Assembly: GCA_050014195.1 (NCBI GenBank)
Contig: JBEKDT010000001.1
Coordinates: forward strand, 32,001 to 96,000
Direction: 5' to 3'
From: Desulfomonilia bacterium
GTDB lineage: Bacteria > Desulfobacterota > Desulfomonilia > UBA1062
Length of the DNA: 64,000 nucleotides
In this document: positions 30,188 to 40,777 of the stretch, piece by piece
Layout: each line of letters opens with the position of its first letter
Position numbering within the stretch: the stretch's first letter is position 1
Made by a program: the position numbers and the translations under genes
Notes under the pieces: model-generated
What the model was told of the DNA's origin: nothing
The model's input: only the letters and a program-made list of their open reading frames with translations
Database searches by the model: none

Positions 30188-30464
30188 TCGTAGCCCCCAT
30201 ACCTTCCCTGTGTCGCGGCTAAAGCCGCTCCTACGATATAAATAATGAATCATCCTGTAGGAGCGCCTTCAGGAGCGACCCGATTACCCACGATCGTCCC
30301 ATCGTTACCCCCATACCTTACCCTCTGTCGCGGCTAAAGCCGCTCCTACGGTATAAATAAAGAACCATCCTGTAGGAGCGCCTTCAGGCGCGACCTGATT
30401 ACCCACGATCGTCCCATCGTAGCCCTCATACCTTACCCTCTGTCGCGGCTAAAGCCGCTCCTAC
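30188..30464. repeat. BIME-like tandem array of GTAG REPs (115-bp period, about 2.4 units)
   Basis: TCGCGGCTAAAGCCGCTCCTAC at 30213, 30328 and 30443, alternating with GTAGGAGCGCCTTCAGG; conserved linkers. Confidence 0.9.
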
Positions 30465-30621
30465 AGGTCATGATTCCTCTCAGATGCAAAATTGGAGGTT
30501 CGAGAAGACGGGGATCATGTTTTTCCCTTGTCTATCCCAACAGTCCAAAGCAGGAGACATTCATGAAAAAGGGGCCGCTTGTCCCCTACCACGATGCATA
30601 GGACTGTGTTAGATAACTTAC

Positions 30622-31425
30622 GTGATTGAAAAAAAAGTAAACAGGAGGGTTATGAGTTTCCACATCCCCACGAAGAGTAATTCCAGGCTGAAAAGGCTGC
30701 TCGAAAGGATCTATGAGAATGAAGAACTTATACAGCTGTGGAAATGCGCCAATGTGAACGCAGTCGATCGCAGCGGCATTAATGATCATGGCGAAGTCCA
30801 TATCCGTATTGTTGCCAATGCCGCGTTGAGGATACTTCGCCTCCTGGTGCATGGCGGTGTCACACCCAGTGTGGTGAAGAACTACGGTCTTGAGATGGAC
30901 GATGCCGAGGTGATCGTGGTACTTGCCGCATGTCTCCACGATCTCGGCATCTCTGTCCATCGTAACGACCATGAACACAACAGCCTCATCTTCGCATATC
31001 CGAAATGCCGGGAACTGCTTGCAGGTATTTATGAAGAGCCCAATCTGACCATTGTGACTTCAGAGATCATGCATGCCGTCATTGCACACAACGCCAAAGA
31101 AACCTGCCTGACCATAGAGGCCGGTGTCCTGAAGGTCGCCGACGCGCTGGACATGAAAGAGGGAAGGTCACGCATCCCGTTTGAATCCGGCAAGGTCAAC
31201 ATCCACTCCATCTCCGCCAAGGCCGTTGATGAGGTCGATATTGAGGCGGGCGACGATCGGCCGGTAAAGCTCGTGATAACCTTGGCTAACTCTGCAGGGA
31301 TCTTCCAGGTCGACGAACTCCTCCGCCATAAGCTCCAGAACTCCTCGATCGCCGACTATGTTGAAGTGACGGCCAGGATTGAGGGAGAGATGGAGCGCAG
31401 GATCATCGGGACCTATAAACTCTAG
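30622..31425 (+). CDS. HD-domain phosphohydrolase
   Basis: NDHG..H, LHDLG, KVADALD. Confidence 0.88.
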   Translation: MIEKKVNRRVMSFHIPTKSNSRLKRLLERIYENEELIQLWKCANVNAVDRSGINDHGEVHIRIVANAALRILRLLVHGGVTPSVVKNYGLEMDDAEVIVVLAACLHDLGISVHRNDHEHNSLIFAYPKCRELLAGIYEEPNLTIVTSEIMHAVIAHNAKETCLTIEAGVLKVADALDMKEGRSRIPFESGKVNIHSISAKAVDEVDIEAGDDRPVKLVITLANSAGIFQVDELLRHKLQNSSIADYVEVTARIEGEMERRIIGTYKL

Positions 31426-31572
31426 GACAACCGGGGTGACCTGAAGGAACGAGACAGATTATCCGATGAAGCTCCGCGCAGCACGCTTAAGGGGAATCAC
31501 CTGGTTGGATGTATCTCTTCTGGTCCCCATATTCAATGTATTACAGGAGATCCATATAAGCGATAAGCCTGT

Positions 31573-31980
31573 TCATGTCCTGTCTGCTTCTATCAAACCG
31601 AACTCCTGGAGATAGCCAAGCAATTTACTTTTATTGATGGGTTTGACCATATAGGCATCACAAAGTTCTTTGAACGATGTCAACACGTTCTCTTTGTCGC
31701 TCAGGGCTGTAGTCATTATGATTTTTACCCCGTTGCCGGGCAAAATACCTTCGGATTCTTCCATGCTACGGATTCCCTTAAGCACTACCTGGCCATCCAC
31801 ATCAGGCATTTTGATATCCAGACATATGAGGTCGTACCGGAGGCCTTCATGCCAGGCCAGCATGAAGGCCTCGATGGCTTCCTGGCCGTTTACTGCCATG
31901 TGATACTCACCATGGGGACTGAGGATCTCCTGAAGCACTACACGGCTGGTAAAATCATCATCAACAATGAGGATCTTCAT
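31573..31980 (-). CDS. Single-domain response regulator
   Basis: ILIVDDD, LDIKMP, MTTA, KP. Confidence 0.92.
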   Translation of the reverse strand: MKILIVDDDFTSRVVLQEILSPHGEYHMAVNGQEAIEAFMLAWHEGLRYDLICLDIKMPDVDGQVVLKGIRSMEESEGILPGNGVKIIMTTALSDKENVLTSFKELCDAYMVKPINKSKLLGYLQEFGLIEADRT

Positions 31981-32090
31981 CGCCGGCCCCCCCATCGAAA
32001 AAAGGTGAGTGATTTATTCTGTGCACACATCTCTTCATGTCCCTAAATCCCCTTTTAACATTTTTAACATCTTGTATACCATGGATGAAT

Positions 32091-33263
32091 CTATACCCGC
32101 TCGAAAATCGTGGCCGGGGCTTGTCCACCTCCGGTGCAGAGCGTAACCAGGGCATATTTGCCCTTACGCCTCTTAAGCTCATGGATGGCTGTGACGCTTA
32201 ATCTGCAGCCGCTGTTGCCTACCGGGTGGCCCAGGGCCAGCGCCCCCCCGTTGACATTGAGCCTGTCCATGTCGGCCTTGAGCTCTTTTGCCCAGGCCAG
32301 TGGTATGGGAGCAAAGGCCTCATTGACCTCAAAGATATCGATGTCCTTCATGGAAAGGCCAGCCTTGGCGAGCACTTTTGGTGTCACGGTTATGGGGCCG
32401 GTGAGCATGAGCATAGGGTCGGAGCCCACAACGGCGCCGGCAACCACCCTCGCCAGAGGAGTGAGACCCAGCTGTTTTACCTTCTCACTGCCCATCAGGA
32501 TCATGGCTGAAGCGCCGTCTGTGACGGTGCTGGAGAGACCTGCAGTCATCCAGTCGGTACCGGGAAGCACCTTCAGGCTATTAAGCGCCTCCCGGGTAGT
32601 GCCGGGGCGTATCGGCTCGTCATCCATACACTCCATCCTGCTGCCATCCTTGTCCAGCCCGGCAACCTTAACGATCTCGTTCCTGAAACGGCCCTCCAGC
32701 GTGGCCTTATGGGCCTTCTCGTGGCTGGCAATGGCGAAATCCTGGCACTCCTCCTTGGAGATCTTCCATCGGTTGGCAATGGCCTGGGCGGCGTTGATCT
32801 GGCTGGGGATGCCGTATTTGTCCAGATAGAATTTGCCGAACGGGTGCCCGGCGTTCTGACCGTTGGCCAGGGTGCAGTTCATGTCGGATGCGATGCCGTA
32901 TTTGGACATGACCTCGCAGCCACTGGCAATAACCACATCGTGGGTGCCCGAGGCGATCATGGAGGCGGCGATCTGTATGGCCGAGAGGCTGCTGCCGCAC
33001 TGGCGGTTCACGGTGATTCCGCCGAGGGTCTCAGGAAGCTTTGAGGCCAGCACCGCCATGCGTGCCAGGTTGAACCCCTGTTCCCCGATTTGGTAGACGC
33101 ATCCGGTGATGACGTCATCGACCTCTGTGGCGTCGAGTTTGATGCGGTCCACTGACTCGTCAAGGACACGGGCCAGGAGTTCCGGGGCCATGTATTCGCG
33201 GAAATATCCTCTCTGCCTGCCTACAGCGGTTCTGACTGCACTGACGATAAATACGTCTTTCAT
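32091..33263 (-). CDS. Acetyl-CoA acyltransferase (thiolase)
   Basis: NRQCGS, NEAF, GHPVG, LCTGGG. Confidence 0.95.
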   Translation of the reverse strand: MKDVFIVSAVRTAVGRQRGYFREYMAPELLARVLDESVDRIKLDATEVDDVITGCVYQIGEQGFNLARMAVLASKLPETLGGITVNRQCGSSLSAIQIAASMIASGTHDVVIASGCEVMSKYGIASDMNCTLANGQNAGHPFGKFYLDKYGIPSQINAAQAIANRWKISKEECQDFAIASHEKAHKATLEGRFRNEIVKVAGLDKDGSRMECMDDEPIRPGTTREALNSLKVLPGTDWMTAGLSSTVTDGASAMILMGSEKVKQLGLTPLARVVAGAVVGSDPMLMLTGPITVTPKVLAKAGLSMKDIDIFEVNEAFAPIPLAWAKELKADMDRLNVNGGALALGHPVGNSGCRLSVTAIHELKRRKGKYALVTLCTGGGQAPATIFERV

Positions 33264-33440
33264 GAGAAACCTCCTGATGGATTATGTGGCCGGCCCATGG
33301 GCGGTCTGCCGGCGGCAAACAGTCCATGAGCGGGCTCCCATACGCCTGTTGCGGCATATTGTATTACAATAAGACGTTAACCAACTCCGGGCCGTTATGT
33401 CAAATCTTTTTCGGAAAAGACCGGAAAAGAGGGGGAGAAT

Positions 33441-34991
33441 CTACTTCCCCAATTGCTCCTTCAGCTCGCGCTTCAATATCTTGCCGGACGGGTTCTTGGG
33501 GAGCTTGTCGGAAATTAAGATCTTTTTCGGACACTTGAATCCCGCCAGGTGCTCTTTGCAATAGGTGATAAGCTCCTTTTCCGTGATGGATGCATTCTTT
33601 TTCGGTACGACGACAGCCGCTACGATCTCTATCCATTTTGGATCGGGGAGCCCGATGACCGCAACCTCCTCGATTCCCGGATGCCGGTACAGCACCTCCT
33701 CGACCTCACGGGATGCGACATTCTCTCCGCCGGTCTTGATCATGTCCTTCTTGCGGTCTACAACATAGAGATACCCGTCTTCGTCGAACTTGCCGAGGTC
33801 GCCGCTGTGGAACCAGCCGAAGGCAAAGGCATCTTCCGTTTTTTCCGGATCGTTGAGATAGCCGGTCATGACATGGCCTGAACGATGTACGATCTCCCCG
33901 ACTGTTCCTCCCGGGACGAACTTTCCTTCATCATCCATCAGCCGGGTCTCGACATTCAGCACCGGTTTCCCCGCCGATCCGGGTTTCAGGAGCTGGTCTT
34001 CGGGCTTCAGGATGGTTGCGACCGGTCCCATCTCCGTCTGTCCGTAATAGTTCCACAGCTGAAGGCCGCGGAAGATTACGGAAAGCTGTTTGATGATCTC
34101 CACCGGCATGATGCTGGCGCCGTAGGCCGCCTTCTTCAGGCTGCGGTGGTTATAGCTCTTGAATTCCGGGTGATTCAGGATCCCGATCCATACGGTCGGC
34201 GGGGCGAACATGTGGGTGATCTGGTATTTCTCGATCAATCTGATCATTTCCAGGGGATCTGCCTTGTGCATGATCACATTGGTCGCCCCGACATACAGGT
34301 AAGGCATGAGAAAGCAGTGGAGCTGGGCGCAGTGAAAAAGCGGCAGGGCGTGCAGGCTTACATCATAGGTCTCATACTGTCCGTCAAAGATGCAGCTGTG
34401 GTACTGCGACATGAGGGCCCTGTGGGAGAGCATCGCACCCTTGGGTTTCGATTCCGTGCCGCTGGTGTAAGGGATCTGGACGATGTCTTCGGCGCTGACC
34501 TCCACCTGGGGTTCATCGCAAGGCATATTCTCCATTTCCGTTATCAGGTCGAAATAACCATCAGGGACCATCGACTCACCCAGCGGTATGAAGCCCCACT
34601 TTTCCACAGAGGTGAATTTCGCCTGGGACTGGGCGATGATCGGATAAAGGGCATCCTCGATGATGAAGATACGCGAACCCGAATGGTTGATGATATAGGC
34701 TATCTCCTCGGCATTCAGCATGTAGTTGATCGGGACCTGGATTGCGCCGATCTTGGCAAGGCCGAGCATGCTGATCGGATAATAATGGGAGTTATAGGCA
34801 TAGAGCGCTACACGGTCGCCCTTTTTGATACCGAAGCTTGTCATGAGATGGGCGAATCGACGCGCCTCCCGCTCGAGATCAAAAAATGAGAGCTTGACAT
34901 CGCGGAAGATGATGGCAGTCTTGTCGCCGTATTTTGTTGCCGCCCTCCTGGCCATATCGCCGATCGTATCCCTGTTGATGATATTTCCCAT
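33441..34991 (-). CDS. Fatty acyl-CoA synthetase
   Basis: YTSGTESKPKG, YGQTE, GDLG, DRKKDMI. Confidence 0.93.
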   Translation of the reverse strand: MGNIINRDTIGDMARRAATKYGDKTAIIFRDVKLSFFDLEREARRFAHLMTSFGIKKGDRVALYAYNSHYYPISMLGLAKIGAIQVPINYMLNAEEIAYIINHSGSRIFIIEDALYPIIAQSQAKFTSVEKWGFIPLGESMVPDGYFDLITEMENMPCDEPQVEVSAEDIVQIPYTSGTESKPKGAMLSHRALMSQYHSCIFDGQYETYDVSLHALPLFHCAQLHCFLMPYLYVGATNVIMHKADPLEMIRLIEKYQITHMFAPPTVWIGILNHPEFKSYNHRSLKKAAYGASIMPVEIIKQLSVIFRGLQLWNYYGQTEMGPVATILKPEDQLLKPGSAGKPVLNVETRLMDDEGKFVPGGTVGEIVHRSGHVMTGYLNDPEKTEDAFAFGWFHSGDLGKFDEDGYLYVVDRKKDMIKTGGENVASREVEEVLYRHPGIEEVAVIGLPDPKWIEIVAAVVVPKKNASITEKELITYCKEHLAGFKCPKKILISDKLPKNPSGKILKRELKEQLGK

Positions 34992-35087
34992 AGCTGCATC
35001 TCCTTTAGGTAAGGGCTCAAACTACCCGTCATTTCTTGGGCAATGAAGTATAGCGGGAACCGACCTGAGAGTCAATTTATTGGAGAG

Positions 35088-35489
35088 TCATCGCGGCTGC
35101 TGTACTGAAATATTGTGTTCTTTAAAGACTTCGCGTGCTGCATTGATACCGTTGATCGCCGCAGGGAATCCTGCATAGACCGCCATTTGAAGGATAACCT
35201 CTACAATCTCCTCGGGCCTGCATCCTACATTGAGCGCCCCTTCGATATGTACCTTTAATTGCGGTACCGCAGTACCCATGGCGGTCAAGGCCGCCACGGT
35301 GGAAAACTGTCTGGACCGCAGGTCGAGGCCCGGGCGGGACAGCACGTCTCCATAACAGAATGCGATGATCCACTCTGCAAGATCCGGGGCGATATCCTTC
35401 AAGCCCTCGACCACCGCATGGCCGGTGCCTCCCGTGATGGCCTTCAACGTTTCCTGCCCGCGTTCATACCTTTGGTCCTGGGTACTCAT
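35088..35489 (-). CDS. Carboxymuconolactone decarboxylase family protein
   Basis: YGDVLSRPGL, LKVHI..ALNVG, YAGFP. Confidence 0.9.
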   Translation of the reverse strand: MSTQDQRYERGQETLKAITGGTGHAVVEGLKDIAPDLAEWIIAFCYGDVLSRPGLDLRSRQFSTVAALTAMGTAVPQLKVHIEGALNVGCRPEEIVEVILQMAVYAGFPAAINGINAAREVFKEHNISVQQPR

Positions 35490-35671
35490 GCATGCCTCCT
35501 GCTATGCCTTATGAGAAGCGTAAACCCGCCCCTTTCTCGTCCGGTTCATCCGGCAGGTAATCTTCACGCACGGGGGAAAATACCTCGATGGCAACAGAAT
35601 CCGCTAGGATCTCTGCCCCATGTTCAATGTTACCGGGGATGCACCAACTGTCTCCAGGTTTTGCTTCGAAT

Positions 35672-35848
35672 TTATTCAAGCAGTGTTTCAGCCTTATATT
35701 TCAATTCTTTTTCATCTTTCTCGGTAAATTCCTGCCCCTTTTTTTTACACATGGCCCGCACCTTCTCGATCATTTCCCTGTACGACTCAAACACCACCGG
35801 CCCCTTGCCGTATTTTTTATCTTCCAAGATATACCGTGCCATATTCAT
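35672..35848 (-). CDS. Small hypothetical protein
   Basis: AGGGGG RBS; 58-aa charged ORF. Confidence 0.45.
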   Translation of the reverse strand: MNMARYILEDKKYGKGPVVFESYREMIEKVRAMCKKKGQEFTEKDEKELKYKAETLLE

Positions 35849-35930
35849 ACCCCCTAAGCTTGAGATGGGTACTCCCCTGGTAACTGATATAATCTGACAT
35901 TTCTCATAAGCAATATTATGAAAAAAAGGG

Positions 35931-36154
35931 TCTTCTCTGTGAAGCATACTTTTATGGTTTGCATCCTCCCAGCTCATTGTTCTCACCACGAAGGACAAGA
36001 AGAGCACGAAAAAAATAAGAACTGCAGAACGGACATTCTTGGATTCTTTCCCCCGGTCAGAGATTTCAAGAGGATTCTTTTCTTCGTGTCCTTCGTGCTC
36101 TTCGTGGTGAAATATCCCTCTGTGTGCTCCTCAATGATCTTAAGTATGCTTTAC
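35931..36154 (+). repeat. Dispersed MITE-like element, copy 3
   Basis: Matches 14414-14712 and 17626-17804. Confidence 0.8.
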
Positions 36155-36193
36155 TGTGATGAACATAAAAAACCATCTTAACCGGTCTTTAGA

Positions 36194-37549
36194 TTACTCT
36201 TTCTTATCCATCTTCCTGTACAAAGTCCGGGTGGAGATGCCCAGCAGTTTGGAGGCCAGGCCTTTGTCGCCCTTGGTTCGTTTGAGGGTCTCTTCCATGA
36301 GGATGCGCTCCACCTCCTCCATCGGTGTTCCAAGGGGGATGGTGACGGATTCCATGGCAGGTATGCTGGCCGACTGGAGCTCACTCGGGAGATCATCGGC
36401 CCCGATAATGCCGTCGCGGTCGAGCACCACGCTGCGTTCGATGACGTTCTCCAGTTCCCGCACATTACCCGGCCATTCATAACCCAGCAGGATCTCCATG
36501 GCCTTTGACTCAATGCCCTTCATTTCCTTGGCGTTCTTATGAGAGAACCGGTTGATGAAGTGCTGGACCAGGTTGGGAATGTCTTCCCTTCGATCCTTCA
36601 GTGCCGGGAGCTGCAGCGATATGACATTGAGCCTCCAGTAGAGATCCTCGCGGAACCGACCCTGCTTGACCATGGCGGACAGATCCTTGTTGGTGGCCGT
36701 AATGATGCGGACATCCACCTTGATGGTCTTATTGCTGCCAAGGCGTTCAAAGGTCTCCTCCTGAAGGATCCGCAGGAGCTTTACCTGCACCGCAGGCGGT
36801 ACCTCGCCGATTTCATCTAAAAAGATGCTCGATTTGTCTGCAACCTCAAACCGACCCTCCTTCCTGCCTGCAGCGCCGGTGAAGGCCCCCTTTTCATAGC
36901 CGAAAAGCTCTGACTCGATGAGTGTCTCGGGAATGGCTGCGCAATTGACCTTGACCATGGGCCGCTCAGCCCTGGGGGAGAGCTTGTGGATCATGTCGGC
37001 GATCACTTCCTTGCCGGTGCCCGATCCGCCCATGATGAGGATGGTTGCCTGGCTCGGGGCCACCTGATGCACGGTCTCCACCAGCTTCTTCATCTTGGGA
37101 CTTGCGGTCTCGATCAGCGGGGTCGATTCGATGGCCTCGATTCGTTCCTTCATCTTGACGTTGTCCATGGTGAGGATCTGTTTCTCGATGGCCTTCTGGA
37201 CAGCCTTTAAGATATCCGCCTTCTTGAAAGGCTTGGTGATATAATCATAGGCACCCTGCTTCATGGAGTCGACCGCGGTGTCCACCGAGGCATAGCCCGT
37301 GATCATGATGACCTCGGTGTATGGGGACACGGATTTGCATACCTTGAGCAGCTCGAGCCCGTCCATTCCCGCCATGCGGATGTCCGAGATGAGGAGGTCG
37401 ATGTCACCGCCCCTGATGACCTTGAAGGCCTCTTCCCCGTTGGAGGCGGTTACCACTTCAAACCCCTCCTTCTCCAGGATCTTCTTCAGTGACTGGCGTA
37501 TACCGATCTCATCATCAACTACCAGGATCTTTTTGCTCAGGCTGTTCAC
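36194..37549 (-). CDS. Sigma-54-dependent response regulator (NtrC/AtoC family)
   Basis: Receiver domain, GTGKE, GAFTGA, Fis HTH. Confidence 0.95.
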   Translation of the reverse strand: MNSLSKKILVVDDEIGIRQSLKKILEKEGFEVVTASNGEEAFKVIRGGDIDLLISDIRMAGMDGLELLKVCKSVSPYTEVIMITGYASVDTAVDSMKQGAYDYITKPFKKADILKAVQKAIEKQILTMDNVKMKERIEAIESTPLIETASPKMKKLVETVHQVAPSQATILIMGGSGTGKEVIADMIHKLSPRAERPMVKVNCAAIPETLIESELFGYEKGAFTGAAGRKEGRFEVADKSSIFLDEIGEVPPAVQVKLLRILQEETFERLGSNKTIKVDVRIITATNKDLSAMVKQGRFREDLYWRLNVISLQLPALKDRREDIPNLVQHFINRFSHKNAKEMKGIESKAMEILLGYEWPGNVRELENVIERSVVLDRDGIIGADDLPSELQSASIPAMESVTIPLGTPMEEVERILMEETLKRTKGDKGLASKLLGISTRTLYRKMDKKE

Positions 37550-38601
37550 GGCTCAAATGGGTCCTTTTTTAAGGTTTCTATTTTGAGTTTATTTTTACCG
37601 TCTTCAATGGTGACCTCTTCAAAGACGGCCTTAGCCCCGGGGATGGCGGCATATACATAATATTTGCCGGGTTTGATTGATTCGATGGTTGTCCTGTTCT
37701 TTTTTGGGTCTACAGGTGCCTGGTAACGGACCGATGCCTTTTTAAGATCGTTTGACCTGGAGTGGAAATCGCTGATGGTACCCTGGGTATCGCGCTCATA
37801 GAGATTCCTGGCATTTGCAAGGGCATCGGACTTTGCCTTGTATGCATCACGGGCCAGCTGAGATGCACCCTGATATGCCTTGAGCATATCGGCAAAGGCC
37901 TCCTTTACGTCCATAACCTTAGACTGCCCCTTGTATCCTTTCTGGGAAACAAAGTGTATGTCGATGACCTCAATGGAAAACCCGTTCGGCATCGAGTCCT
38001 GCATGCGCTTGATGTCCTTGTCTTTGAGTTCGCTCAGAAAAAAAGAAAGGTGCTCAGGGTCGCTGTTCTGATTTGTGAGGCTCTCACCCGGCGCAAGGCC
38101 GAAAATGAGATTCTTCGGGTTGATGAACTCGAGCACGAGCATGGAGGTGATAGGCAGCGGTATATTGCCGATAAGGGGCTTGTATGAAATGTCGCTGATG
38201 ATCTTGTCCGAGTTATTGTGTGCCGAATAGATGAAGTTGATTTCACCCAGGGCCGATTCAGTAGTAATCTGGGCCTGTGCGGAATGCATGGTGATGGGCA
38301 CCTTGGCGATGTATTGCTTCCTTAAGGCATCGACCTTTTCGTTATAGGCCTTGTCGGACTGTGTCATCTGAAGTGATGCCTCTTTCAACTCGCCACTGCG
38401 TTTATTTATCTGGTAGTGGTCATTAACGTTCTTAAGCTGTGAGTGAAACCTCTCCTTGAGATGATCAAGCACCGCCAGGGTCCCCGCTGAAAGGAGTTCC
38501 ACCTGGGAAATGCCCGGCGGTACGGTGACAACGAGCCTGGCGGAGAATGCGTATGCAGGAAGGAGGAGTAGGAAGCAAACAACGGCCGACAGTAATCTCA
38601 T
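37546..38601 (-). CDS. Exported hypothetical protein
   Basis: Signal peptide MRLLSAVVCFLLLLPAYA; lies between kinase and regulator. Confidence 0.7.
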   Translation of the reverse strand: MRLLSAVVCFLLLLPAYAFSARLVVTVPPGISQVELLSAGTLAVLDHLKERFHSQLKNVNDHYQINKRSGELKEASLQMTQSDKAYNEKVDALRKQYIAKVPITMHSAQAQITTESALGEINFIYSAHNNSDKIISDISYKPLIGNIPLPITSMLVLEFINPKNLIFGLAPGESLTNQNSDPEHLSFFLSELKDKDIKRMQDSMPNGFSIEVIDIHFVSQKGYKGQSKVMDVKEAFADMLKAYQGASQLARDAYKAKSDALANARNLYERDTQGTISDFHSRSNDLKKASVRYQAPVDPKKNRTTIESIKPGKYYVYAAIPGAKAVFEEVTIEDGKNKLKIETLKKDPFEP

Positions 38602-38602
38602 A

Positions 38603-40771
38603 TTATGCCTCCGCCTTGTCTTTCTCGGACTCTTCATGGAAAGGGACCGAAAAGATGAACGTGGACCCTGTCCCCTTCTGGCTCTCCACATCGACCCACC
38701 CGTCATGGGCATTTGCGATGTACTGGACAAGGGCGAGCCCGAGGCCGGTCCCATTGTCTTTGGTGGTGAAGTAGGGGTCGAATATCCTCCTGGTGATCTC
38801 AGGAGGGATACCGTACCCTGTATCTTTCACCAGGAGCAGGAAGTTGTCTTTGATTCCCATAAGGGATATTTCCAAACTGCCTCCAGAAGGCATTGCATCT
38901 TCCGCATTCTTAATGAGGTTTATCAAAAGCTGCTTGAATTGTCCACGGTCTATCATGATATTCGAGAGCTTTTCCGGGCAAATGATGGAAGTATCGATGT
39001 CCCTGCGCTTGAGCTCGGGCAGCAGCATGGCCAGCACTGAAGACACCTCGATATGTGGGTCAACGAGCTGCTTCTTGGGGTGCGGGAGACGGGCGTAGGA
39101 GAGGTACTCGTCGGTGATCTGTGAGAGACGGTCGATCTCCTCCTTGATGATCTTAACAAGCTCCAGGGCCTCTTCGTTCTTGTCGAACTCCTTGAGTTCG
39201 TCTTCCAGCAGCTCGGAATGGAGCAGGACCGAAGTCAGGGGGTTGCGGATTTCATGGGCCACATGGGCCGACATCTGGCCTACGGCTGCGAGCTTTTCCG
39301 CCTGGATGAGCTTTTCGGTGAGGGCCTTCTTCTCAGTGATGTCGACTGCATACTGGACGACATAGTCCACCTCGCCCTTGGACCCGAACAAGGGTATGGC
39401 GCTCATATCGAAGAAGTAAGGCTTGCCGCCTATATCCACCCGTGTGTCCCGCTCCGTGACGATCCGGCCCGTCTTAAAACACTTTTCCACGAGCTTGGTG
39501 TTGCAGATACGCTCGTTCTCGGAAAAATCCAGAGAGCAGTGCTTATCGATCACATCCTCCCTCTTCTTGCCGTAGAGGTCGCACAGGCGCTGGTTGATGT
39601 CGGCAATGGTGAATGCGGCATCGATCATGGCCAGGTAGTGCGGCACTCCGTTGAAGATGGTCTCCATCCTCTTGTGGGCCACCAGCACCCTGTCGGCCCA
39701 TTTATTCCTCTCTGAGGCCGTGGCACGGGCCCTGTTGATCCTGAGCATGGTGATGGTTGCTATAAGCACAAAGCCGATACTCACCGAGCCGAGGACCAGG
39801 GTGTTGCGGAAGGTACCCGACATGAGCGAGATGACCTCGCTGTAGGGAGAGGTGGAGATGGTAATCCACCTGCGATTGAGGAAATGCACCGATGAGAAGG
39901 CGAGCAGCTTTTTCACCGGATCCTTATCCGGGTAGCTGGGGAAGACGAACTCATACATCCCGTCGTTCTTCAGCGCCATGGCATCGCTGATGGTATCCAC
40001 ACCCGATATGCTTAAGCCATCTTTCTTCAGCCCCATAATGATGTCCTTAAGGTTGAGCCCTATCCATCTGGGGTTAGGGTGGTAGAGGATCATGCCGCTC
40101 TCATCCAGCATCCAGACATAACCGGATTTTGACGGTCTGATGGGTGCAACGTAGTGGGCGGTGATATTCGTCAGGTCAATGGCGCAGCCGATAACACCGT
40201 GGAATGTGCCGTCGGCGCCTTTCAATGGGAAGGAGATGACAAAGGTCTCAAAGCGGCCGGGTATGTCTTGGTATTGCTCTCCTCCCACCATGATGATGTC
40301 GGAGACATAGGGGACGTTAAGCTCCTTGGCCACCCGGAAATAGGTCCGGAAGCTGAAGTCCCTGCCGTCAATCCCCGGCAGGAGCTGGTGAGGATAGTGA
40401 AAGCGCATGATCCCGCTTGCATCCTCCCAGAAGACGAATGCGACCTTGCTCTTTAAAGAATTATACAAATTCTGCACCGATGTATCGATGGCCTCATGTT
40501 CACCGTTCGAGACCCCTTTGATGTGGGCGGTGAGGCTTAAGGAGTTCGTGATGTCGTGCATGTACTGCTCGATGCCCATGGCGGTCTGCTGGGCCAGCAG
40601 ACCCTGTTCGCGGTTGAACTGGGCCGCCATTTCCCCCTCGACGCCGTGGTAGGAATACAATGCGAACATGATCACGAAGCCGAGCACGATGAAGGTGCCC
40701 AACCAGATGAGAATATCCCACTTTGTTTCTTTGACTTCGATGGTATGCCGCTTCGGTATCTTCTGCCCCAT
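38603..40771 (-). CDS. Sensor histidine kinase (Cache, PAS, HisKA, HATPase)
   Basis: AHEIRNPL, NLIKNA, DTGYG, GTGLGL. Confidence 0.95.
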   Translation of the reverse strand: MGQKIPKRHTIEVKETKWDILIWLGTFIVLGFVIMFALYSYHGVEGEMAAQFNREQGLLAQQTAMGIEQYMHDITNSLSLTAHIKGVSNGEHEAIDTSVQNLYNSLKSKVAFVFWEDASGIMRFHYPHQLLPGIDGRDFSFRTYFRVAKELNVPYVSDIIMVGGEQYQDIPGRFETFVISFPLKGADGTFHGVIGCAIDLTNITAHYVAPIRPSKSGYVWMLDESGMILYHPNPRWIGLNLKDIIMGLKKDGLSISGVDTISDAMALKNDGMYEFVFPSYPDKDPVKKLLAFSSVHFLNRRWITISTSPYSEVISLMSGTFRNTLVLGSVSIGFVLIATITMLRINRARATASERNKWADRVLVAHKRMETIFNGVPHYLAMIDAAFTIADINQRLCDLYGKKREDVIDKHCSLDFSENERICNTKLVEKCFKTGRIVTERDTRVDIGGKPYFFDMSAIPLFGSKGEVDYVVQYAVDITEKKALTEKLIQAEKLAAVGQMSAHVAHEIRNPLTSVLLHSELLEDELKEFDKNEEALELVKIIKEEIDRLSQITDEYLSYARLPHPKKQLVDPHIEVSSVLAMLLPELKRRDIDTSIICPEKLSNIMIDRGQFKQLLINLIKNAEDAMPSGGSLEISLMGIKDNFLLLVKDTGYGIPPEITRRIFDPYFTTKDNGTGLGLALVQYIANAHDGWVDVESQKGTGSTFIFSVPFHEESEKDKAEA

Positions 40772-40777
40772 ATGTTA

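Noticed and set aside
30188-30464. Possible CRISPR array
   Set aside because: The 'spacers' are near-identical, units alternate in orientation, and no cas genes are present; it is a REP/BIME array
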